Shown here in pieces: positions 1 through 15,100 of a stretch of 64,000 nucleotides of DNA. The notes below the pieces were generated by a model. That model was given only the letters and a program-made list of their open reading frames with translations, was not told the origin of the DNA and ran no database searches. Each line of letters begins with the position of its first letter. Positions within the stretch are counted from its first letter, which is position 1. This stretch comes from Antedon mediterranea (lineage: Eukaryota > Animalia > Echinodermata): contig NC_092671.1 in the NCBI RefSeq assembly GCF_964355755.1, positions 12,586,001 through 12,650,000 of the forward strand, read 5' to 3'. The translations under genes were made by a program, and so were the position numbers.

Positions 1-129
1 CCTCTTCAGAGTTTGGAATCTGTAGTTTAACAATTAATGGTATTTTCCCTGAAGACGCTGGTCGTATCACTTGTTTAATAACCAATGAAGGTGGTACATG
101 TCAGACAACAGCAATGTTAACATGCTTAG
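1..129 (+). CDS. Exon (5'-truncated by window): C-terminal half of Ig domain
   Basis: SEFGICSLTINGIFPEDAGRITCLITNEGGTCQTTAMLTCL; donor G|gtaagt at 130. Confidence 0.85.
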
Positions 130-3100
130 GTAAGTATTGCATTGTTTGTCTGTTATTTTTGTTTTGTTTTTGTAATACTCCCCTTATAATTGTGCAGCTG
201 AGCATGCACAGAATGATGTTTTTGATTGGATGGCTGCGTAGTCAAGTGGTGTGTCATGAAAATAAGAGCTCCCTACTATCAATGACTCTGCACACATAAA
301 AGAGAGGACAATCTTAATAATAGTATACATTTTGAAGAATAAATCAGAAAAAAATATGTTAAAAAGAATTCTGAATATTAAGTTTGAGCAATTAACACAT
401 CTGTTTTTATAAATTTATTTTGTGTAGCAAAAGATGCAGTTATTCTTGAGACACAGCTTCCTGAAGAGATGCAAGGGATTCAGAAAACACTTGCTTATGA
501 AAAAGCTCTTAGAGAGTAAGTAAATATACTCTTCAACCTGTATATTGAATACTTTTTATTTAGTATATTTCCCAATATTCTATAATTTTGTAATACTGCT
601 TTACTTGTGTAATGCACTAAGTTTTTGAAGTCATTACAAGCGGCAGACGCTTCTGGTCCGTCACTTCTCGTACCAGTAAATTCAGTAATAATTTTTACTC
701 ATCTGCTGCTGAATGTTAAAGAATGATGTACTATGTTTTTGAATTGTATTGTCCTAGTCTCAGAGCAACACAATTTCCTTGTATTTTCAGAGGAACCTTA
801 AACACTGAAGATGAGGCATCAGAGGAAGATGAGCATGGTGAGCCATCCTTTGTAAAGATTCCTGAAGAGGTTAAATGTGTGGAAGGTGGTCCAGCTCGAT
901 TCTCCTGTCGTCTTACAGGATATCCTCTTCCAAGAGTGTCTTGGTACAAAGATGGCATCCAACTTATTTCTGTAAGTTATCAATTTGTTACTTTTGTGTA
1001 AATTGTTTTGAAAAATGTAAAAATTATTTAAATTGTACCATATGTACCAAAACTATGATTTTGTTTTCCAAAAAATGTATATCATGCATATGAGGTCTTT
1101 TTATTTTTCACAGAGTTCTAGAATAAAAATATGCTTTGATGGATTACATCATCTTGAGATCCCAAAGACAAGACCTTACGATGCTGGCGAAATTAAGGTT
1201 GAAGCTAAGAATAAATATGGCACAGTCAGCTATACAACAAAACTGAGTGTCCTCAGACGGGAAGATTTCAATATTCAACTGCGACCTGCTTCAAGAGGTA
1301 AAGTTTTTCTTTTTCAATTTTGAAATTCAAAAAACTTTTAATATTTACAATAAAAGGACCATAAAAAAAATACTGTTTATATAATTGCAATTAAATGAGA
1401 CAATAACACTAAGATGTAAAAAGTTAATGGTGGATATTTTTTGTAAAATCAGTAATAGTTTAGTTTATATTGTTATGTTCCTTTATTTAATCAGAAGAGC
1501 AAACAAAAATGCAAAATCAATTTGAAGAGCAACGACTAGCAGCAAAGATTGGCAAGCCATCTACAGCACAAGACAAAATGGTTCCAGCTCATGCTGTAAA
1601 ACAAGAGGTTATCAAAGAAGAATTTAAACCAGCTGAAGTTGCACCAATGACAGAAGCAACACCTGTACTAGTGGCAGATACAGCTACTATACAAGAGACT
1701 TTTCCAGTGGTTCCACTTCCTGTCTTCAGTCTAGAACTCTTAGATCAGGTTGCAGTTGAAGGATCGCCTGTTGTATTTGAAGTGAGGTTTACTGGTGACA
1801 ACACAGTAAGGTGGTTGAAAGACGGTGAGGATGCGCATTCCAATCCAGACTTTACCATCAAGGTGACCGAAACCTACAGTACGCTTACAATTCTGGAGTC
1901 ATTCACTGATGATGCTGGTGTGTACACAGTTGAACTCAGTAATGTGACAGGAACTGTTAGAAGTGCAGCTGAACTCTTCATAAAAGGTATCTTGCTGGTC
2001 AATGGTCAAGCTAAGAAGCAGCCATCTTGATCCTCGTTTTGCAATGATTTAATACTAACCTGAAAGGATTGATCTAACAAATGTTTAACCATTGGTTGCC
2101 ACACAACAGTTTTGCACTACATTACAGCATCTACACTTTCACACCAGCTATGGTTTGAAGTCTTATAAATAATATATCTGTGGAAATCTTAAAATAGAGT
2201 TTTGATAAATCTACCAAACAAAATTTAATTTGTGATATGTATTTTTGTATTAATAAAACTAGATTTTAAATTCATTATTTTAATGTAAACATCAATGGAA
2301 GGATAAACAGAGAGAGGTTTGACTTTCATTAAACAAATTCCTTCACTTCTCAGTTAGAAAACCAACCACTTTTTCAAGTTTAATAGAAATATATCTCATT
2401 ACCTGATCTGATTTAGAACATTTTTAATTCTAAAATGTACCACACTGTCTCCCCTCTATTCACTAAAATTCTATTAATAAAGTTTATCTTCTTTAATACT
2501 AACCTTCAGAAGTAACCATTGCTACTGTTTCCCTTTTTTGTGTGGAGTGTGAAACCCAGCTTTTGTGAAATACCTTTTTCCACTCTTGATACCATATCAT
2601 ACTACTGTAACGTTTGCTCATGAAAATGTTTAAATAAAGATTACTCTCTTAATCATTTAAACATAATAGAGCAGTCTACCTGAAAAACAATTATCGTACA
2701 TTTGCATGGTTTTTTTTTTTGTGTTTTTATGCTTTTATCTTTCAATTTTATGTTTTCCTTTTACATTTTTCTAAATAAATTTCCCTTAAATATTAGGCAT
2801 TAGGCATCTTCAGGAATATTGCTAGTGCGATTATTCTAACTACTGAAACATTTTCCATTTAGAATTGGTTATTGAAGAGAAAGGTGGAGAACCAGTTAAA
2901 GAAATGGCTCCTAAAGTACTGTCAGCACCTCAAGAAACCATTATAGGAGTTCCAGGTGAACCTATCAAAATCATCATCAAATTTGAATCAGAACCGAAGT
3001 CTACAGTTGTATGGTACAAGGTAAACACATTCATTTTGTTCAATATATTATGATTATTATAATTAAGAACCAACATGAGGTGTGTTTGCCAACACCTACC

Positions 3101-6100
3101 TAGAAATGTGAACTTTGTACTAAATAGTTATACACATCTCTTCAGGATAAACGTTTATGCATTTCTGAATTAAGAGTTGGAACTCAAAGAACATTCTCTT
3201 TACTAAATTTGTTCAAGGCTTTAAAAAAAAAACTAGGAGCGTTTTAAAAGTATTCCATTTGGTGGGGTCAGTATTTTGATCATTGACTATGCATAAACAG
3301 TTTTATTTACAAAACTATGAGTAGTATTTAACCAGAAATGTTTTTAGAAATTAGTATTAAGTTGAATTTTTTTCTTAACAGGGAGACCAGAAGTTAGTTA
3401 CATCAATTCGTCAGAAGATGATTGAAGATGATAATGTATTTACGTTGCTTATATTGGACTGCAAACCAGAAGATACAGGCTCTTACTACTGTGAAGCGTG
3501 CAATGCATGTGGTGTCTGTCGTACAGAAATAAAAGTCGATATACCAAGTAAGCAGATTTAGAATTTTGTAATAGTTTTGTTTTTATTGTTTTTGTTCCTG
3601 CAAAAATGTTTTTTTTAAATAACTATTATGTCTACACACAATGTAAAAAATACAATCAACCATTGTTCGCAAGTAATCTTGTAATTGTAATTCTTTATCA
3701 AATGTTATATTATTCCATTACTTTGGTTAAGCTACTATTTACAAATTTATCATCTGAAAAAATATTATATTTGATTGTCATTACAGCAAACAACAAAGCT
3801 CCACAATTAACCTCACATATGAATGATGTTGAGGTAGAAGAAGGCTGCCCTATAGAGATACAATGTCATGCTGTTAGTAAAACAGGTAACGTTGTTTTAA
3901 AGTGTCATCTTGTTTTTATATTGTCCACATCTGTAGTCTTCGCTTTTAACCACTTCTTTTCTTGTGTTGATGTTTGTAAAAATAGTGTTTTCTGTAGATT
4001 TTTGTCAATTTTACTTAATAATTCCTTATATATTTTTGTCTGTCTTTTTATTTCTCTTTAATTTAAATGTATTATTAACACATTTATTTAAATTTTTACC
4101 TTTACTGTTTTTTTAAATCTTTATTTTTGACCTGTTATTAGTATACACTTTTGGTTTAAAATAAATCTAAATGTGCTGATTGGATGGTCTCTTGATACAC
4201 TTCCTAATTTAGATTTTTTTTAATATTGAAAATTTGAAAAGTAAAATGTTTATTACAAAATCAATAGTAGTTTACTATTAGTTTAGTAGACGTTTTAAAC
4301 TTTTTATATAAACAATGAAATACACAGGTATTGTGTGGGTGTTCTAATATTGTCCTACACTCTGTTTGCCTACTTACACAGAGTCCTTTGTTTTCTGGTA
4401 AAAATCTTTCAACCCTGACTTCCTCATTATTTATTATTACACCATGACAATGCCATTGACAGAATGGGACCAGGACCAAATAAATGATTGTATTGTGATG
4501 AAAAAATGTTTAAATATCATCAAAATAGATATGTTCACAAACTGTGAAAAGCAATTACTTAAGCATTGCATTTAATAGAGGGTTTTTTGTCCATTTAGGC
4601 GGATTATTTTCTTTAAAAATGTCAATGAACTGCTATTTCTCATTCCCTAACAAATATGTATGAGAACTTGTGCTGCATCTGGATTTGGCAGCCTTAGGAA
4701 TATTAACATTTCATGGAGTTTATTGTGAGATAACTATATATTTAGTTAGTGAGTTAATATAAAATATTAATATTAAGACTTTTTAAATTATCAATAACAT
4801 TGAGCCAGAGATGCTTTTTTTTAAACTATAAAAAATATATTGCAATTTTGGTAACATGCTTCTTTTCTAAATCTAATTCAAATTCAACAAACATTTATTT
4901 CATCAAATGCCATGCAAATATTATACAGAGCATAAAAAATTGGGACCAACCTAAATATAATATATTCTTTAACATCACTCTCTGTTAAAGCCATCTTTCT
5001 GTCTGTTTTTATACCACAAGCCATTCTATTACAATATTAATTTTTACTTTCAGAGCCTATTGTAACCTGGTTTTTAGATAAAGCTATCATCAAGCCATCA
5101 AAGTATTTCCAAATGTTTTATGAAGACGGAATCGCAAAACTTTACATCAATGAGGTTTTCCCTGAAGACGAAGGACTGTACTCATGTGAAGTTAGAAACG
5201 ATTTTGGAAAGGTCGCTAGTAGTGCGAGATTGCGTGTTAAAGGTATGTTTTATGATGCAGAATACTACCCTTCATGAACATTTTGTATATACATTACATG
5301 GAGGAAAACATGGTGTGTGAATTGCATGTAATGATGTGCAAATCTTGCACACTTGAGAATGATTGAATTATTGCGTAATGAAGCAGTGAAAAGGTTCACT
5401 CTTCCCTATTTAGTCCTCATATTTATTCAATTGTTAATTGTATTGGTTTCTTATTTATACACTACTAAATTTTAATCTCATCAAATAGTTTTGGTAAACA
5501 AAATGAAACATTTTACAGGGTGGTAAAATGGAATATTCTATTATTTTAAAGGTGTGTTTCAAAGACTGAGTCCAAATGAATATGTCACTCACAAAACTTT
5601 AACCAAATGTTTTTGGAATAAAGAACAATTTATTTAAAAGGAAACACACAATTTATTTAAATGTGGACATTCTTCCAATACAAATAAGTTTTTTCTTTCT
5701 TTTATTCAAATCAGATAATAAATACTAAATTGTCAGGTTGTCATACAGCAATTACAATTTTGTTACTACCATCACATTCCACTGCCTATAAAAAGCACAA
5801 AATAACTTAAATGTAATCACATCATGCGTGACTCGTATGTTCTATTTAATACGTCTCTGTATTTTGTACCTCAATAGTTGCCTTATTCTTAAAACAAACC
5901 GTCCTATTAATGGTGCTTAGTTGTAACTTTGACAGTGTTTAGAAATTAATAGATTTATAAACTTCTAACTCTTAAAAAATTACATCAACATGTCATTTTT
6001 AAAACAGTTGGAAGTTTAGTTTTACAGATTCTACATATAACCTATATTTAACCATATATCTATTATAAAGTTATATAATTTCAAAAGGAGACATTTATAT

Positions 6101-9100
6101 ATAGAACATATGTGTGCATGACACACACTGCCTAATATCACCTTAATGTTAAAACTATTTATTACAATCAAACCATGCTGCAATTTAAATAATATCCACT
6201 TTTGTATGTTCAGTTTGTGATAATTATTTTATACGTCATATTAAGTACTATTTTTTGTTGAAGATAAACATACAATTTAAAGTAGTAATTTCCGTTTTAT
6301 GCTCAAACAATTTTGTGAAAAAGATTTCTGGGAGTAAATTTGAAGGTTAAGACTGAGGTGGTCATAGTAACATTTTTATATATTTTAAGTATTAGTCATA
6401 GTGCAATTAGGTAATTATGTGCTCACTTTTAGATTTAATATATTTAAGATTTATTATAGTTTAATTTATAGTGAATTTAATTTATTTGAAGTGCAACATT
6501 TTCATGTAATGGCAAGTGATTTGAATACCAAATATGAAGTGAATTTTCTTAAATTTACAACATTAGTAATTAGTAACTTTAAATGTATGTATAAAAAGAT
6601 CTTGCAAAACTATTCTATTGTATTAGCAGTAATTTTTAAATGAAAATCATTTTTTTTTTAGATTAAAAAAAATTGGTACATATATATTCATAATATACCC
6701 GGTTGACACATACAATAATCAACACTATCAAACTAGTTTGACAAAAAAGTGTGATGTGCCCAAATATGGTAGTGATATGACATCATCATGTCTATATGGG
6801 TACATCACATTTTGTCAGTTACAGTTTTATAGTGTAGACAGAGCTTTACATATTGGTTTGAATGTGAAAGTTTTTTGTGTTACATCCTCAGTTGAACCTG
6901 TAAATATCAATGTAACACAGTGATATATGCGCATACCTTTCTACTGAGTTTTTACGAAAATGTTAATATTATCATGGGTGATACCTATGTAACAATTCAC
7001 CAGGGAATTTGTTTTGGATGTGCTAACAATGTAGATTTATTACAGCAAATGCAATAGAATAATGTTGACATGATCCTCAATTCATGTTCATGGTGCTTGT
7101 CCGTCTTTCATATGATTTTGTGTAATTCTTTAAGTAAATACTTTAAATATTTAATAGCATTCTAAATTGGCAGTAAGTAGATTGGTCACATAAAGTAAAC
7201 TAGCATATTACATTGCTAGGCTAACATTTATCACTGTATAATGACATTAATGACTAATTAAAATGTAGATTGTTTTGCAACTGCAATGCTTGTCCTTGGT
7301 ATCCTTCAAGTTTCAATAACTTATTAACAAAATTGTGCACATAGCTGAAATATTTATAATCCCAAAATGTTGATTCAACTAATTTGGTAGTTGAGTTAGA
7401 TTGGATGCTACCTATGAAAAATACATTTCATAGTGGAATAATTTAATATTAGTTATCTAATTGTTGTTAGTGCACAGTGTTGTTATCACAGGTCACAGAT
7501 CATTCAGCACATCAGGCAAAAACTTCACATGTGATGAGTCTTGTGAACGCTACACCATCAGGTATTTTGATTGGTTACTGTATGTTTTCATGTACACAAA
7601 ATTTATGTGTAATGTTTAATGTGTAGAAAATTTATTGACGCCGATGGTTGAATGTTTCGCAAGCATCATTACAGATCACATGGGTTACTTGCCTCCGAGC
7701 TGCTTTTTGTCATTCATTTCTTCAATTGAAATGTATGATAAAGATAAGACCATTTATAATCATTGCAGTTACATTAAAATCTGCCATTTTCAATTTGGCA
7801 TTTAAATTATGACCTTTGGACAAATTTTAATGGTTTTTGCCTTGTCCTATTTCAGTTGAAGAAATAATTTCAGCAGCTGAGGAGGCTGTGCCCCCTAAGT
7901 TTGTTCAGAAGATCTCAAATGTTGATGTAATTGAGGGGAATCCCGCACGCTTTGACTGCAAAATTGTTGGTACACCACAACCCGAAGTCACATGGTATAA
8001 GGACAGATCTGAGATTACAAACACGGCTGACTACCGTGTTGTTAATCGCTCAGATGGAACCAGTTCTTTGATCATTAGAGAGACTTTTTCAGAGGATATA
8101 GGTCACTATAGTGTAAAGGCTGTTAACACGGCAGGAAGCAACATATGTGATGCGCAACTAACAGTTCAAGGTAAGTTGGTATTTTAATTGCTTACATTTT
8201 TATTTGCCTTTTAATATAAAGTATTAGTGCTATAGGTTAATAAGTTTGAGAAGAGCCATCCAAAAGATGGACAAAAGGATAGAGAAGTGTACTCTATGGA
8301 GTGTTACACACCAAGGGTAGAATTTCAACAGAATCAATAGAAAATATAGGCATTTGTATTCAAAAGCATGTGAACTGTAACACTTGTATAGTTCATCATT
8401 TTGGCAGTTGGAAATAAATGAAAAATATCAATAAAAGCAGGTGTAATTTCTAATTTAAACTGGTGTATATAGGAAAGTTATTGCAGTATAATTTAGTTTT
8501 AGTATATTTTTTATTTTTCCAATATATTTTCAATATTTTAAAAATGATATTAATGTCGGGAGTCTAGTATTTTAAACTAAAAACATGCAAAAAATGATTA
8601 GTTTAAAATGTGTGTTGTGATGTGAATAACAATAACTTATAAAATAAATAGTTTTGTGTTGAATGCATGCATGGAATATTTTTTTAAATTAGATGTCTTC
8701 TTGCTGTTTCTATATACAACTGTATTATTACATATATACAATAATATGATCTGTATTATTGTATATGAGTAATGAACTGTGTCAAAACTAATCTACCTAC
8801 AGGTACTGATAGCTTAGATAAAGCATTAGAGTGCAATCTAGTATTTTGAACTGTACTGCTGCAGGTTACTGCAAGAAAAACTTCTCAAAAAAGATGAATA
8901 TTATCTATATTAAAAATAAATACTAAACATTACTATTACAAACTTTTGTATTACATGAAAATGTATTATCTACAAAAATACTAATATTTTATTATTTCCA
9001 TGAATTTGTTTTTATCAGAGGTTTTCTCTGTCACAAAATTTATATTGAGATGTTTACACAGCTTAATTATGCCTAGCACTGACATATTGTAACCATCATC

Positions 9101-12100
9101 CCATCGTAAACCTACCATTATATTATATTAAAGTAAATTACTAGAAAAATACTCATATTTTATCATTTCCATGGATATAGATTATGATTAGAGGTGGGAA
9201 ATTCTTTCAAAATTTGTTTCGAGACGTCTACCCAGCTTAATTATGAATATTACTGGAATAAGAAGCTACATTGTAACCATTTTAGTACTTGCCACCAATC
9301 CTAAACCTCTACCAACCTTTGCATTCAAAGCATGATAGTGTGCATTAACTAGTACTTTATGGAGTCTATTAATTGTGTATTTTGTAGAAAAATAGTATTT
9401 TATAATTCTAAAGCATGGACGTATGGATCTTACCGGATATTAATTTTTAATAATACCAAAGCATGGATGTGTGAATCTTACAGAAACATTAGTGTTATAT
9501 TATTCGAAGTGTGATGAAATAACCAACGATACCTCCCAGAAAAAAAATAAATATGTGCATGGCACTAACAACAAATTTATCGTGATTAATGATACTCATT
9601 GCACAAATGTAAGTTGTCACTAATTATTTATTTGATAGTTTTAGTAAAGGCTTATGTAGAATTTAATCTAACACTTTTTTAAAAGTTAAATTTATTTAGT
9701 ATGTGTGAATGTTGTTATTTTTGGTAGATTTTGAAGTGAGAGCTTATACTAGAATTTATTTGCTAACAAATTATGTCTGGATTATCCAGTACAAAAATTG
9801 TGAATATAAATGATACTATAGTAGTTAGCTTTAGTATTAATAGCATGGTAATAGACGTTTGAGACAAAAAAGTTTAATGCATCTTGCATAAATCAATTTC
9901 ATGAACATTTTTACATTATTAGACATTCCTATAATAGATTCATTGTACTAGAAAAAGTTCTATTATATATTACTGTTATATATTTTACTATATATATTTG
10001 TTGTAAGTATATGTTAAACATAATTATAATCATAAATGCTTTTTACAGCTGAATTGAATGCTCAAGTTCCTGGTTTAATGAGCTTCAGTGAGTCTTATGG
10101 TGGAGATGTCAGTGGTGCATACAGTGCAGGTGACCTGGACTCTGATGTCGACATTGATCTTGATGACATTCTTCCGTATGACGGAAGAACAGTCACAGTG
10201 TATCCAACCACATTTGAACCTACAGTTCCAAAAACTATCGAGACAAGTCAAGAAGCTGTACCACTGTCTTGGCCAACGGGTGACCGTAGGCTAGATAGTG
10301 ATGTTGTAGATAAACAACCAATTAAAGTTGCACAAGATATTATTACTAAAAGCACAAAAAGAGTTACAACAACCACATTGACAAAAACAAAGGATGATGC
10401 GGATTATGTTCCAAAAGTAGATCAAGCAGAGTTGAGAACACCACCTGCATTCACAAAATTCATCAATCACTGCCGTCTTTATGAAGGGGATGAGGCAAGG
10501 TTTGATGTTGCTGTTATTGGAGATCCAACTCCTGACATCAAGTGGTTCAGAAATGGTATTCAAATTGAAGACTCTCCTGAATTTCATGTTAGAGTGGCCA
10601 TTGATGGATCTAGTTGTCTTGTCATTCCAAGAGCACAGATTACGGATTCTGGCCAGATTACTTGTCGTGCAGAGAACAGTGCCGGTGTTGCTTCATGCAC
10701 TGCCAAACTCATTGTTGAAGGTATATTTTTTCCCCAACATTGATTCAAAATAGCTTCACTTCACCTATGTGAGAATGATTTTAAAAATATAATTCTCAAT
10801 TAGTGCAGTAAAAATGCATGCAGTACATGAGCCCCTAGTATGATTAATTCTAAAATTTTGTCTGAAAAATCTTAATCCACTAAGTAAACTTCAGATACAT
10901 TCAGGTACTATAATATCTATAAATAGTTAGTGAATGATTCCATGTTCTATTGAAACTTTTCTTTGCAGTATTACCCAGTGATATTGAGCAAAAGATGCAT
11001 TCTTCTTTGCTAGTTGCTCCAGAGGAGTACACTTCTGATATTGAAATTCTTCTTGAACCTCGAACCAAAATAACACCTCCAACATTTACCTCATACATGA
11101 GTAATCAAGACATGCCTGTAGGTAGTACAGTTTCATTCAAATGTAGTGTATCTGGCTACCCAAGGCCTACTGTTAGATGGTTTAAGGTAAGTTGTAGGAT
11201 TTTAATATGAGATTGCCATAGTACGCTTGTTGACAATGTTTAATGAATACTTGCCAATATAGAATTTGACTTTTTTAATATAATATTTTGATAGTGAATG
11301 GCAGTTTTATTATATGAGAGTTCGGTTTTCTTTTTCAGAATGGAAGTGAGCTGAGACCAGCTGGTCGTGTCCACATTCGTATCACACAGGATGGCTCTTG
11401 CATACTTAAAATAAAAATGATCCAACCAACTGATGCTGCCAAATATATGGTGAAGGCAGCAAATCCTGCTGGTGAGGCAACATGTGTGGCTGATTTACAT
11501 GTCAAAGGTCAGTTTAACTTTCTCACTAATGTAATGCAGTTAGCCCTATCCTTATGTTGAATTAAAAAACAACCTAAACTAAATACAGAAATGTAATTTA
11601 TCTTTGGATAGTTGTTCATTGATTATTGAAGGACTCAATTTAATTATGTTGAAGACAAATACTTATTTTATTTGGTTTTTAGTTGATACAGCTTCTTACG
11701 ATAGTGATTTAAGTGAGGCCAGACAAGAAATGAAGGTGCATATCCTTCAAGACAGACTTCAACCACATCCTGGATTTGTACATCGTACAACAGAAAGAAG
11801 TCAACCTGATGTTGTTACACAGCAGGTAATCACAAGAGAAGGATCTGATACAGAGGAATTTCAACGTATTAGAAAGAAAACTACAACAACCACAACAACA
11901 ACTGTGACTGAAACAGTAACAGAGGAAGAATCTGCAACTGAAGATCTTCCAAGACAAGTTGTCCGACCTCTGACCTTTCAACCTATAGCGTATACACAAC
12001 CACCAATTAATATTAAATTGTCTTTTGAGGGTATGCCTCATGGTTATGTTCCTCTGCCTTATGGTGAACCGATGCCAGAACCTCCAAAATTTGTACAGCT

Positions 12101-15100
12101 CCTCCATGATACTGTTGCAACAGAGGGTGATTCTGTTCAGCTTGAATGCTTTGTATCTGGAAGTCCACCTCTTAGAATCTGGTGGTACAAAGGCCAAACA
12201 CCGATTACTAACTCTTCAGATTTTCAGTACATTATACAAGAGAACCGTATCTTGTTGGTTATAAAAGAAGTCTTGCTTCATGATGAAGGAGAGTATACTT
12301 GTCGTGCTGAGAACAGTTATGGCACTGCTACTTGTAGTACAAGCCTTAAAGTTGTAGGTATGTAATGCACGTTTTTCTAATCTTGATATTAAGTTAAAAA
12401 AAAAAAAATTGTTTTAATCTTACATTTTTTACGAACAACCTAACAAAAAGCAATAATAATTTTGATGTTCTATTCTATTAATGAAACATTCTAATGGTCA
12501 TTTAATGCAGCTACTTAATGAATAAAAATGATATTAATAATTACATTTCAGCATCAAGGTCTGACATAAGTGAAGATATTTCTGGACAAGAAGCATATCG
12601 CAAGACATCGTCTAAAACCACTGCAACTACTGAAGAGATACTGACTAGTGACTTTGAGAAACAAGAGCGTGTTAAACCACCAAGGTTCCTAAATGAGCTA
12701 CTTGATATTGAAGTTACAGAGGGAAGTACTGCTAAGTTTGATGCTAAAGTGACTGGCTATCCCATGCCATTGATAAAGTGGTATAGCGATGGTTTAGAGA
12801 TCCAAGCAGGTGGTAGATACACAATTCAATATGATGATTTCGGTCATTGCTCTCTCACTATTTATGACCTTAAGCGTGAAGACTCTGCTGACATTGAGTG
12901 TAGAGCAATTAATATTGCTGGAGAAGAGGCTTCAAGCTATGCAGACCTAATAGTAAAGCCAACACAAGTGAAAGAGAAAAAACCAAAAAGAAAACGCAAA
13001 GAAACGAGTATTATCATTGGTCATGGAGAGAAACCCAGATTTATTAAACAAGTTGCACCATGTGAGGTACAGAAAGGCGAAAAGGTACAATTTTTGTGCC
13101 AGGTTTGTGGCAATCCTGAACCAAAAGTGATGTGGTTTAAAGATGGTAGACCAATTGTGAGTAGTTCAAATGTTAGTGTGACTGAAAGCAATAATGGATA
13201 TTGCTCTTTGACCATTCATCAAGTTGAAGAACTTAATGAAGGAGAATATATGTGTAAGGCAGTAAATGAGCTTGGGAAAGCTATTTGCTATGCCGATTTG
13301 ACAGTAGATGTATCCGTCAAATCAGATGAATTTGAAATTACAGTGGATGATATACTAGAGTCAATGCCAGACTTAGAAGTAGAAACAAGTGAATCCACAT
13401 CGTTAAGATCAGTGACCAAAGTTCTCATTCCAGTCGAGCCAAAGAAAACAGTTTCAACTCAAGAAAAAGTTGTTGAAGATGTAAATGTTTTAAAAGAAGA
13501 AATAGTTGTAGATCATGTTCCTCCAGCTGATACAGAACCTGAATTTCATGTTCAAGAATCAGTGTATGTGGAGGAACAATGTAAGCCAAAAATTATTGTG
13601 CCTCTACAAGATGACATAGGAGAAATTGGTAAAGACATTACCCTAGAGTGCACAGTATATGGAAAACCCAGGCCAGAAATAAAATGGCTAATGAATGGGG
13701 AACCTACACATGGAAATAGATACATTAGCCTCCTTGAATTGGATGGTAGATGTATATTGGTTATTACCATTATTAAAGATGACCATGAAGCAATTTACGA
13801 GTGCAGAGCAACAAATATATTAGGAACAACATCTACTAGTTGTGAAATTAGATTACTTGATGCTCAGAAAAAGGTCTTGTCAAAAGGATTTTCTGACAGA
13901 TTTCAACCAGTTGAATTCCAGGTTAATGTTCCCACAGAAAAGGAAATTGAGACAGTAACCAGACGCCGAGTAACAGAGAGTATCTTTAAACCTGGAACAG
14001 TAATGCAACAGAAATCGGTAGCTGAGGTTGAGCCTAAACGTGTTGATTCCAGGCATGTAGAGTTAGAGTTTACATTCCAAGGTAGGCAAGATGCTAATGT
14101 TAGTGTGGAAGCTATTCCTGAAGAACCTGTCGATGTGCTTTCTGAAAAATTGTTTGAACAGAAACCTGTTGTTCATAGACAGATTAGTAAAGCTGCAGTG
14201 GAACCAGCAAAATATGACTCTAAGCAACCTGAACTTGAATTTACTTTTAATAGAGGGCAGCAAGAAATGATTGGTGAAGTTGTATTTGGTGATTCTATAA
14301 ATGGAACTACAGAAAGCTTTTCAAGAATTGGTCCTGATGGTGATTCCATTGAGACAATAACAAAAACAACTAAAAAGACTGTAACTGAAACAATTACCAC
14401 ATCACCAACAGATTCAAATATTCCTCAAAGGCAAACATCACTCATTGAACTTGAAAAGAGGCCAGAAACCTTTGAGCCACTTGAATTTACATTTGGTACT
14501 AAAGGGGCTGATCAAACTCAAATAAAGCGTGAATTGTCACCTGAGGAAGAATTATTACATTTATCGTCACTTGATTATCAGAAACAACTAATGAAGGAAA
14601 TAAAACCTCTTTTCGCACCAGAACCAATAAAAATGGAATTCACTCCACCTGAAAAAGTTGAAATTATTCTTCGGCCAGAAGAAATTAGGAAGCTTTCTCC
14701 ATTAACAATTACTGTTGAACCAGTAAAAAAGACAGAATTTCATGTTGCAAAAGAAGAAGTAATGGAAGGAGAAATGCCAGAAGGTGACTTATCATCAGGT
14801 ATAGATGAATACATTGACATTGACTTTGATAACATACTAGAAGGTATTGATACTGTTCCAGAGGAACAAATTGTTCAACAGAGCACAGAATGTTCTTTGG
14901 AGGAGATGAAATTTGAGGTACGTAAACCTGAAGCTATTGAGCCAGTACAGGAAAATGTTCTTAAAGAAGAACCTCTACCACACTTCGATTTGACTAAACC
15001 ACAAATAGTTGAACGTAAGCCAGGTATTGAAGAAGTGTATCCAGATTATGAAGCAGATGTCTTCTTTACACCTCCAAGAGTTGTGAGACCTTTAAATGAT

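Noticed and set aside
3606-6923. Hydrophobic ORFs in introns (3606, 4800, 6401; also 41488) suggesting membrane peptides
   Set aside because: T-rich intron translation gives F/L/I runs by chance; unlike the 43209 tail they are AT-rich and lack exon-like GC content.
8236-8340. Purine-rich open stretch after exon 7856 resembling an exon
   Set aside because: No acceptor gives a phase-1, stop-free frame compatible with the flanking exons.
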